This document shows, piece by piece, positions 10,862 to 18,740 of a DNA stretch of 64,000 bases; the stretch's first letter is position 1; every line of letters begins with the position of its first letter. Source of the DNA: a virus; IMG/VR virus record IMGVR_UViG_3300021426_000094, positions 1 through 64,000 of that record, one strand, 5' to 3'. A program made the position numbers and the translations under genes. The notes beneath the pieces were generated by a model. The model did no database searches. It was not told the origin of the DNA and was given only the letters and a program-made list of their open reading frames with translations.

Positions 10862-10890
10862 GAAGAGACACGTTCACACGCATCTCTTCC
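10862..10890 (-). terminator. Terminator-like hairpin after the metallophosphatase gene
   Basis: A 7-bp stem (GAAGAGA/TCTCTTC) with a 14-nt loop is followed on the minus strand by TTTATTATAT. Confidence 0.3.
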
Positions 10891-10893
10891 TAT

Positions 10894-12117
10894 TTATAAT
10901 ATAAATTTGTATGATTCATTATGACCATAAATATGATGAAAACCAAAAATCTTTACAGCAGGTTTACTACCTTTAAAAATACTATCTGCATAAGGATCAC
11001 ATCCCACAAAACTAGGACACACTAAAACCTCAGTATCATGACAGCATCCTTCAGAACCACTGATTTCTTTACTGGTATGCGTATGCCCAATAATAAGGTA
11101 ATCAACCATCTCATCCTGTTTAACAGACAACATACTTAACGCATTCTCAAAACTCTTAATCTGATGACCATGCATTGCAATTACATTGAATCCAGTCACA
11201 TCAATTTTAGTAAACCATTCCCCCTCTTTAGGGGTATTAACTGTAATCCGCTTATTTGGTACACACAAGTCTTCAATATAATGCCCGATAATATATTCCA
11301 CGTCTTCATCCATCAACTCATTAGGTCTTGTACCAAGCACTCTAAGTTGAGAATGATTAGAAGAGCCTACATGATAATATTTAATATAAGCATATTTAGA
11401 TAATTCTGTTAAGAATGCAGCCACAGTCTTAGATACTTCAACAACAGCAACCACCATAGAAGAATCATTAATCTTTAAATCATTGGCATGAATAAGACCT
11501 TGAACAAAATCACCCAGACCAAGCACTGTCAGTTCTTTAACCTTATGAGAACGAATAAAGTTCACGATATCCACAACCAACAGATCAAATCTATCCTTCA
11601 TAATATCCAATGAATATTCATTAGTTAAAGATGTAAACTTTGCACCTGCATGGATATCTGCAAGACACAAAACGTATGTCTCTTCACTGTTATCATTAAC
11701 TTGAACAGCCTCAAACTCTGGAACAGGAATAGTCTGAGCCAAACTATGAACTTGTTCAAAGAATAATTCCCTACGAGCCTGTTCTCTATCAATCCTGTTG
11801 CGCTCAACATTTAACGTCTGTATTTTAATTCTTTCACGTCTAAGTTCCGCAAGTTGCTTCTGAATGTTAGGATCATATTCAGCATCTGAAATCATAGTAC
11901 TAAATACATTATCATAATACCTTTTAGCAGTTGATACCTGACGTCTATAAGTATCGCTATTTTTCCATTGGCTTTCATCTGTATATAACTGAGCATTTAC
12001 TGTATCAGCCACGTCTTTCCATGAATCAATCAGCCCGTCACCAATATAATGCCCAATTCTCCAAATATATTGTTCTTCTGATTCAGTAGGTAATTTATTT
12101 AATAATTGTTTATCCAT
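10894..12117 (-). CDS. Calcineurin-like metallophosphoesterase (Mre11/SbcD-like)
   Basis: Phosphoesterase motifs are present: ADIHAG, LGDFV, MHGHQ and IIGHTHT. Confidence 0.6.
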   Translation of the reverse strand: MDKQLLNKLPTESEEQYIWRIGHYIGDGLIDSWKDVADTVNAQLYTDESQWKNSDTYRRQVSTAKRYYDNVFSTMISDAEYDPNIQKQLAELRRERIKIQTLNVERNRIDREQARRELFFEQVHSLAQTIPVPEFEAVQVNDNSEETYVLCLADIHAGAKFTSLTNEYSLDIMKDRFDLLVVDIVNFIRSHKVKELTVLGLGDFVQGLIHANDLKINDSSMVVAVVEVSKTVAAFLTELSKYAYIKYYHVGSSNHSQLRVLGTRPNELMDEDVEYIIGHYIEDLCVPNKRITVNTPKEGEWFTKIDVTGFNVIAMHGHQIKSFENALSMLSVKQDEMVDYLIIGHTHTSKEISGSEGCCHDTEVLVCPSFVGCDPYADSIFKGSKPAVKIFGFHHIYGHNESYKFIL

Positions 12118-12126
12118 ATATTATCC

Positions 12127-12768
12127 TCATTCAAAAATATAAGTCAGTTCAACATCCTGCCCAATAATCTTATCTACAACACCCAAGTCCTTACCCTTAT
12201 CAGCAAAGAAGTAATATTCCTTATCAAAAGTCTTATCATAGAACTCTGGATCAATTTTGGTTACAGACAAAATCATTTTCTTGATTCTTTCCTCGGTATA
12301 GTCATTAAAAGCAATGAAATCCTTAACCTTGGAATTAGAACCAGCAATATCGATGGTTCCGTCATGCTGAAGGAATGTTGTATTTTCAAATGCAATTCTG
12401 TCATGCCCGTTAATATAGATATAGTAAGCAGCCGATGCTACAAATCCCATACCTACTGTTCTAATAGGCGTCTTAGATTGTTTAAGAATATCAATAAAAA
12501 ACAGTGTACTAAATAGGTCGCCACCACAACTATTAATAAGGATAGTAATAGGCTTCCTTAAATCAGGAGCGATATTCTTATCCTCTTCATTCCACTTCAA
12601 AATACGAATAGCATAGGATTCAATAATAGTACTATCAATATCTTTATTAAAGATCAGAACCCTTTTACCCGTATAAAATTTCATTAATTCATCGTATACA
12701 TCTGCGCCCATTTCTTCAATATAAGAAAATTCATTTCCCACTTCAGGGAGTAATGCAAGTTCAGCCAT
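12127..12768 (-). CDS. clpP: ClpP-family serine protease
   Basis: INSCGGDLFS resembles ClpP INSPGG. A GMGFVASAAY Ser-loop and an FLQHDG His-loop are also present. Confidence 0.75.
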   Translation of the reverse strand: MAELALLPEVGNEFSYIEEMGADVYDELMKFYTGKRVLIFNKDIDSTIIESYAIRILKWNEEDKNIAPDLRKPITILINSCGGDLFSTLFFIDILKQSKTPIRTVGMGFVASAAYYIYINGHDRIAFENTTFLQHDGTIDIAGSNSKVKDFIAFNDYTEERIKKMILSVTKIDPEFYDKTFDKEYYFFADKGKDLGVVDKIIGQDVELTYIFE

Positions 12769-12792
12769 ACACGTTTCCTCCTTTTAATTCCT

Positions 12793-13599
12793 TTAATCAA
12801 ATAAATCAGCAAACATTTTAGAAGTCTCACTACGCACATCTTCTGACAGATATACACACGCGAAAAGTGGATTTCCTTTAAGTTTTTCGCACATGCGTAA
12901 TAAAGGGTTAAACTCAGTGCTGTCTAACAATGACTGTTTATAATCCCCTGAAAAATATATTTTACTATTTGTGCCCACCCTTGTTCCTACTAATTTAATT
13001 TGCTTTTCTGTCAAGTCCTCTGCTTCATCACAAAGCATGACTGTTTCATTATATGTTGTACCTTTCATATAATAAAGAACAGTAGAATCAATTACCCCTT
13101 GCTGTACTAGGCTTTTATATTCAAACTCTCCTCCATTTAATTGCTGAATAAACGGGAGTTGAAATAAACCTATCTTATCTGAGACATCACCGGGCAGGAA
13201 ACCAATTTCACGTCCTTCTCCCCAAGCTTCACGTACACACAATATTTTTGATTGCGTACCTTTTCTTTTAACACTGTCAAGAGCCATAGCGGTAGCAAGC
13301 ATTGTCTTTCCCGACCCGTATGTTCCTAGCAAAGCAACGGCAGTAATTTTATCATCATTTAATGCATCAAGAGCACACCTCTGTTCTGCATTTTTCCCTT
13401 TTATATATTTGCTGTCAGGAAGTTTAAGATTTACAAACTTGTCACCTGTAAATCTCATTTCAAATTCCTGCCCAGTGTCCGTATTTTTAATAATGGCATA
13501 TTCATTAATACACCAATTTTTATAATTTTCAGGGGAAAGCATTGTATTTATATACTTAGTGTCCCCTTCGATTCTTTTATAACCTTTATAAAAATCCAA
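12793..13599 (-). CDS. phoH: PhoH-like ATPase
   Basis: A Walker A motif (LGTYGSGKT) is present. Length and layout are typical of PhoH. Confidence 0.75.
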   Translation of the reverse strand: MDFYKGYKRIEGDTKYINTMLSPENYKNWCINEYAIIKNTDTGQEFEMRFTGDKFVNLKLPDSKYIKGKNAEQRCALDALNDDKITAVALLGTYGSGKTMLATAMALDSVKRKGTQSKILCVREAWGEGREIGFLPGDVSDKIGLFQLPFIQQLNGGEFEYKSLVQQGVIDSTVLYYMKGTTYNETVMLCDEAEDLTEKQIKLVGTRVGTNSKIYFSGDYKQSLLDSTEFNPLLRMCEKLKGNPLFACVYLSEDVRSETSKMFADLFD

Positions 13600-13620
13600 A
13601 AGAATCCTCCTTTATAATTA

Positions 13621-13652
13621 AGAAAGGAGTCAGCATAAAGCCGACTCCTTTC
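13621..13652 (-). terminator. Candidate hairpin between genes
   Basis: An imperfect inverted repeat (AAGGAGTCAGC ... GCCGACTCCTT) is followed on the minus strand by a T-rich run. Confidence 0.25.
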
Positions 13653-13660
13653 AATAATAA

Positions 13661-14203
13661 TTACTGTTGTTCCAATTTATCTATACATTGCTGGAGCGCT
13701 CTACGCTCTTTCTCAGATGAAACATTGTCCATCATGTCTTCAAGCTTTCCAATCATGCGTTCTTTTTCAGAATCACGACTTACATAGCGTCCAGTCCTTG
13801 CACTACGTCCTCTACGTTCAGAATATTCATTATCCTGAGACGCATCATACGCACCTGCATAAGCACCATCATAAGCATGGTTATAAGTATTGCTCATTTG
13901 ATCCATTGGCATTCTATAAGAATTCCCTTGATGACTCATATCATTGTTATGATACATAAACCAAGGATAATGATTAGAATTACCACCCATGTTATTATAA
14001 GAATCACCTCTGTGACTCATTTCATATTCTTCGCTACCACCAGACTCTTTCATAGCCTTTTCTGTCTCCATGTCAAGCATAATAGCAGACGCTTTATACA
14101 GACTATCAAGTTCCTGAGGAGTAATATCACCTTTTTTCAGAATCTTACAAATCTGATCATCAAGGAGTTCTTTGAGTTGATCATAATGTTTAGAAAGTCC
14201 CAT
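13661..14203 (-). CDS. Low-complexity H/N/M/Y-rich protein
   Basis: 180 aa. The central region (SHRGDSYNNMGGNSNHYPWFMYHNNDMSHQGNSYRMPMDQMSNTYNHAYDGAYAGAY) is flanked by helical K/E ends. Confidence 0.4.
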   Translation of the reverse strand: MGLSKHYDQLKELLDDQICKILKKGDITPQELDSLYKASAIMLDMETEKAMKESGGSEEYEMSHRGDSYNNMGGNSNHYPWFMYHNNDMSHQGNSYRMPMDQMSNTYNHAYDGAYAGAYDASQDNEYSERRGRSARTGRYVSRDSEKERMIGKLEDMMDNVSSEKERRALQQCIDKLEQQ

Positions 14204-14219
14204 ACTCTTGTCCCTCCTT

Positions 14220-14684
14220 TCAAGCCGTTCTGCTAATACTCAAACTACCATCAACCACATTAATTAATGGAGTAGGAGTTGTTGCCGAATCATTAACAGT
14301 GCCATTTACATATTCTACTGAAACCGTAAAACAACATCCACGAGGAACATCTACAGTAGCCCTTGAAGTTACATTCCCATATTCATCAACGGCAGAAGGG
14401 GTAAAAATACTTCTACTGCCATCACGACTTTCCCCTGAGACCACGATAGCGGTCGCTATAGGAGTAATTGCTCCACCTTCAGGAATTGCTATATTACCTG
14501 TAAATTCAACATTATAGCGTGCAAAACATGCGGTAGGATTATTAACGATACCACGCAGAACAAAAATCCCCGTTCCACTTTGGTGAAAAATGTAACCACG
14601 ATTACAGGGGATAGAATCCACAAAAGGAATTGCAGTATTAAGCGCTACGCTTTCAACTGCATCTCTGGTTAAATATTCTGCCAT
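14220..14684 (-). CDS. Hypothetical protein
   Basis: 154-aa ORF. Confidence 0.35.
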   Translation of the reverse strand: MAEYLTRDAVESVALNTAIPFVDSIPCNRGYIFHQSGTGIFVLRGIVNNPTACFARYNVEFTGNIAIPEGGAITPIATAIVVSGESRDGSRSIFTPSAVDEYGNVTSRATVDVPRGCCFTVSVEYVNGTVNDSATTPTPLINVVDGSLSISRTA

Positions 14685-14697
14685 AATTACACCTCCA

Positions 14698-15504
14698 TCA
14701 AGCTACGCCACAACCACATCCACATGTGCCAAAGTTTTGTCCGCAACAATTCGGGTTAGGAACTGTGTATGCAGGAACTGGAGTAGGAGCGAGGTATCTC
14801 TCAAGAGCTGCGGTCTGTGCTTCATTATTAGCCAGAATAGCAGCCGTTTGAGCACCCTGAGACGCAGCCAGATTAGCCATTGTAAGTTGCCTTTCAAGGT
14901 CTGCGATTCTCTCATTCTTAGCATCAATCTTATCCTGACACATAGTATCAAGAATACGCTGAATACCAGCATTCTGATTTTGAAGAATATCACGAATTCC
15001 ATCATTCAGCGCTGTTCTATCTGCACAGTTTTCAGACTGAATAACATTCTGAAGGTTAGCAGAAGCTAATCTATTCTCACAGCAGCAATCTGCAAATTGA
15101 GACGCAAGCTGATTAATGCCCTGAGTTACAGCCGTCTGAGCTGCAAAAGCTTGGTTCATATTAGCCATCTGACGAGCAGTAGCCGCAGTTTCAGCATTAG
15201 CAAAACCCGCACTAACGCCAGCAAATCCATTACAAAGTTGAGTAGAAAGACCAGAAATACCAGACTGAATTCCAGAAACACCAGACATTACAGCAGACTG
15301 ATCAAAACCACGCTGCACCTCTGCGCCCATGGAACCGCCACCATTTCCGTAGCCTCCCCAGCCACCGTTGCCAAATGCAAACAGGAAAAGCAGAATAATC
15401 CACCAGCCTGATTCTCCACCCCAGCCCATGCCAGAGCCGCCATTCCCGTTCATTGGGGTTACAGGCATAACCATATCGTTACCATTTCCATCTGTTAAAC
15501 TCAT
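14698..15504 (-). CDS. Gly-rich membrane protein with a C-terminal Cys cluster
   Basis: AGGAGG RBS. A GNGGSGMGWGG segment is followed by a TM helix (WWIILLFLFAF) and more GGWGGYGNGGG. The protein ends NPNCCGQNFGTCGCGCGVA. Confidence 0.45.
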   Translation of the reverse strand: MSLTDGNGNDMVMPVTPMNGNGGSGMGWGGESGWWIILLFLFAFGNGGWGGYGNGGGSMGAEVQRGFDQSAVMSGVSGIQSGISGLSTQLCNGFAGVSAGFANAETAATARQMANMNQAFAAQTAVTQGINQLASQFADCCCENRLASANLQNVIQSENCADRTALNDGIRDILQNQNAGIQRILDTMCQDKIDAKNERIADLERQLTMANLAASQGAQTAAILANNEAQTAALERYLAPTPVPAYTVPNPNCCGQNFGTCGCGCGVA

Positions 15505-15586
15505 ATTACATTTCCTCCTGACATTTAATTTATGACTGTTTGTAATATTTGAAAACCTTGCGCAATGGTTTTTTAACGAAATATAA

Positions 15587-15838
15587 TTATCTCCTGTTAA
15601 TCAACATATTCTGAATTTGCGTAGCCATCTGTGACAATTGATTGTACTGTGCTTGCGACATCCTACCACTATTTAATAATTGTTGAACTTGTTGTTTAGG
15701 ATCACCATGAAAAGTTTGCCTAAACTGATTTAATTGTGAAAACATATTTGTCATCGGATTCTGCATCTGTTGCTGTCCACCTAGTAAATTAAACAAAGAG
15801 TTCATATCACTCAATCTCCTTCCTTGTAACAAAGCCAC
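15587..15838 (-). CDS. Q-rich small protein
   Basis: 83-aa ORF rich in Gln. Confidence 0.3.
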   Translation of the reverse strand: MALLQGRRLSDMNSLFNLLGGQQQMQNPMTNMFSQLNQFRQTFHGDPKQQVQQLLNSGRMSQAQYNQLSQMATQIQNMLINRR

Positions 15839-16202
15839 TAAGAATCTCAGTAAGTTCTTCTTTCGTTACATATTGAGGAGACGTAGCTGCCTGAGCAATT
15901 TCGGTGGGCGCTCCATTCTGTTGAGTCCGTTCTGTATAGTCAAAAATTCTAAGCGGCATTGGCATACCACTATTGTCTGATGATTTAATATAAAAAGTAT
16001 TTGATTCACTATCCATAAGCATTACACTCTTGCCCGGTGCTACAGCCCAAGATTTTGCACCTGCTTCACCCTGAACCCATAAAATTCCATTTTCATTCGG
16101 TGTGGACGGTACAGGTTGATTTATCTGCGGTTGCACCTGTGTATAACTATAAGGATAATATTGCTGATAATTCATTGGAAATCCATTGTTGTTATAAGCC
16201 AT
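15807..16202 (-). CDS. Hypothetical protein
   Basis: 131-aa ORF. Confidence 0.35.
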   Translation of the reverse strand: MAYNNNGFPMNYQQYYPYSYTQVQPQINQPVPSTPNENGILWVQGEAGAKSWAVAPGKSVMLMDSESNTFYIKSSDNSGMPMPLRIFDYTERTQQNGAPTEIAQAATSPQYVTKEELTEILSGFVTRKEIE

Positions 16203-16586
16203 TTAATCTTCCCTTCTCCAATAATAAATTGGAACTTCATCTCCCGAATCCCAAGTATCAAAATAATTTCCACCTTCACCTACTGCGATAACATGCGTTC
16301 CAGTGGCTAAAATACCTGTTAATTGAGGATTGTCTGCACAAAATTGCCTAACCGTATAACAATCTGGGCATGTGTCAGGAATAATATATCTCCTGAATCC
16401 ATGCTCAAATAAATACCGCCCCCAAACATCGTTTGAGGACGGCATGTCATTCATAGCAAAACCTTGTAACATTAAACCTAAATAAGTATCTTCCCAAGAT
16501 TGTTCAGTCACTTTTGATATGGCTCGTATAACACAATCACCAACTAACTTACGAGCGGGATTCGGATTATAATTTATATAGCCCAT
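16203..16586 (-). CDS. Putative papain-like cysteine peptidase (CHAP/NlpC-like) small protein
   Basis: GDCVIRAIS (Cys) followed by GTHVIAV (His) is a Cys...His spacing typical of CHAP/NlpC-P60. It is adjacent to the endolysin. Confidence 0.35.
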   Translation of the reverse strand: MGYINYNPNPARKLVGDCVIRAISKVTEQSWEDTYLGLMLQGFAMNDMPSSNDVWGRYLFEHGFRRYIIPDTCPDCYTVRQFCADNPQLTGILATGTHVIAVGEGGNYFDTWDSGDEVPIYYWRRED

Positions 16587-16604
16587 ATCTATACCCCCAT
16601 ATCA

Positions 16605-18182
16605 TTACCATTTATCAATTCCAGCAAGGACATTGATTTCTTTTTGCACTACATCATACCAAGTTCCAAGAGTTTTACGTCTTTGTTCGCCAGAACCATA
16701 CTTATGATCAATGGCTTTATCACCAGTATATAAGCCCTTAGCAACCTTATATACCCAATTAACTTTATTCTGTACTGCAACTGCGTCATATCCTGCTTTA
16801 GTTAATTTAGTAAAACGCTCCGATCCATCAACAGCACCATTACCATATTTACCACGATATACGTCTGCAATGATTTCAGGCGTTACTTCTTTCGTATTCT
16901 TCACAATAGCCTTATGAACTACAGGTTTAATATTCTTTTCTACGATTTTTTCAGAAACAACCTGAGATTTAGAACCAGTCTTTTCAACCTCATATTCAAT
17001 CTCAAAAGCTACCTCATCATTCACACATTCAAGAATACCATTCCAAGGATAAGAGTAATACATTCTCAAATGACTTTCACCACGTCCGTATTGCTCATCG
17101 TAGTCACCAATCTGTTTCTGATCTCCAACTTTACCGCCATTTGCTGTGCCTTTTTCATTAATACTAAATTCCATTAACACATCGGGTTCAGCCGACAAAC
17201 ACATAGCTGTATGACATTTCTCATTAAGATAAACATCACCCATTTGAGCAATAAAAGACATAGGACGCCATTTAAAGTTTCCAGTGCTTGTCATACACTG
17301 ACGCATATTGCCAGTATAAGTAGCTCCACCACAACTAATACCAGCAGCCTCAAATGCAGATATAACAGCAGAAGAGCAATCCCTATCTCCAGATTTTATA
17401 GTGTATTTGTGACCATAAATATCTATAGTCTCAGTACCTGTGCCAAATCTTTTGTCCATATCCTGCGTATAGCCGTGATTCTTATGAGTACAAAGATGTC
17501 TCATAATTAAAGCAGCCACTTCTTTCTTATACACACGATATGTTTTCTTTTCCTTAACAGGCTGTGTGTTTGATGTGTCTTTCTTCCTATTATTAAACGG
17601 GACATACCATATAGATTCATCTACATTTCCAGAAATGCCGGGAATATGTGCCCTTGAGGTAAACTGCCAACCATCCATAGGAAACGATGGTTTATATTTA
17701 GCTTCTTGCTTGCCAGAATTTGTGCCATAAGCAGGAATCCATCTACGACATTCAAATCCTTTTAACGGATCACGCCAAAAAGCCTGTCCTGCATAAACTC
17801 CAGAATCATTACCAAATTCTTTAAGCCATGCAGTAGCTGCCTTTTTGTTTAAATGTCTTAAATTCCATTCTTCTAAATCGAGCCAATGTGATACAACATT
17901 CTTTCCTTCTGTCAATCGTTTTTCATGAGCAATTTCACTCTTGATTTGATTCTCATTACCAGCATAACTATAAAGGTATGTTCCATAGGGAATGCCATAT
18001 TTCTCACATTGTTCCACATTATATTTATAATATTTATCATCTTGAGATTTAATATCATCTCCATATCCAGTACGAAGAATAGCACCGTCAATATAATCTT
18101 TAGCACGCTTCCAGTCAATCTTACCTTGATGCTCAGATGCATCAATAATTCTTTCGCTCATAAGCATCCCCTTTCTATACAA
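16605..18182 (-). CDS. Endolysin with an N-terminal GH25 muramidase, a central Cys/His peptidase-like domain and a C-terminal putative binding domain
   Basis: IDASEHQGKIDW matches the GH25 signature (IDVSxxQG.IDW). DCSSAV ... CHTAMC suggests an NlpC/P60-like module. Total length is 525 aa. Confidence 0.75.
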   Translation of the reverse strand: MYRKGMLMSERIIDASEHQGKIDWKRAKDYIDGAILRTGYGDDIKSQDDKYYKYNVEQCEKYGIPYGTYLYSYAGNENQIKSEIAHEKRLTEGKNVVSHWLDLEEWNLRHLNKKAATAWLKEFGNDSGVYAGQAFWRDPLKGFECRRWIPAYGTNSGKQEAKYKPSFPMDGWQFTSRAHIPGISGNVDESIWYVPFNNRKKDTSNTQPVKEKKTYRVYKKEVAALIMRHLCTHKNHGYTQDMDKRFGTGTETIDIYGHKYTIKSGDRDCSSAVISAFEAAGISCGGATYTGNMRQCMTSTGNFKWRPMSFIAQMGDVYLNEKCHTAMCLSAEPDVLMEFSINEKGTANGGKVGDQKQIGDYDEQYGRGESHLRMYYSYPWNGILECVNDEVAFEIEYEVEKTGSKSQVVSEKIVEKNIKPVVHKAIVKNTKEVTPEIIADVYRGKYGNGAVDGSERFTKLTKAGYDAVAVQNKVNWVYKVAKGLYTGDKAIDHKYGSGEQRRKTLGTWYDVVQKEINVLAGIDKW

Positions 18183-18298
18183 AAAATGCCTACCAAGACT
18201 TTGACATCTTGATAGGCTCTATTTATTCGATATTCAATTGTATCTATATACCTATCGTGGTACGCTTATTTTTACAGAGGCGTGATAGGTTTCGTTAT

Positions 18299-18574
18299 TC
18301 AGTTCGCCGCATCCTTGAGTGCCTTGCCAATCTTGGCAGAGACCTTCTTACGTGCGGGAATCTGAATCGTCTCACCAGTCATAGGATTGCGACCGACTCT
18401 TGCAGCAACATCCTTAACAGACAGAGTAAGACCATTCATCAGACGAATATCCTCATGCTCACCCATGACATCAAAGATAACATCCTCCATACCCTGAAGG
18501 AATGCCTTAGTGTCAACCTTTGTGAAGCCAGTCTTCTCTGCAATCTTAGAAATAAAATCCTGCTTATTTACCAT
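18299..18574 (-). CDS. hup: HU/IHF-family DNA-binding protein
   Basis: The start was reset to MVNKQDF (AAAGGAG RBS), giving 91 aa. ARVGRNPMTGETIQIPARKKVSAKIGKALKDA matches the HU arm. Confidence 0.8.
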   Translation of the reverse strand: MVNKQDFISKIAEKTGFTKVDTKAFLQGMEDVIFDVMGEHEDIRLMNGLTLSVKDVAARVGRNPMTGETIQIPARKKVSAKIGKALKDAAN

Positions 18575-18740
18575 AATTTTTTCTCCTTTACTCAATGTAA
18601 TCTATTTGTTTCTATATCTGAAAACGTATATGATATCATATAAGTCTTCTTTCATATATATTTATTTTAGCATATTTAAAAAGTGCTTATAATATAAGGG
18701 TTTTTTGAATGTTAAAAAAATTAAGTCGCTCAATATATAT

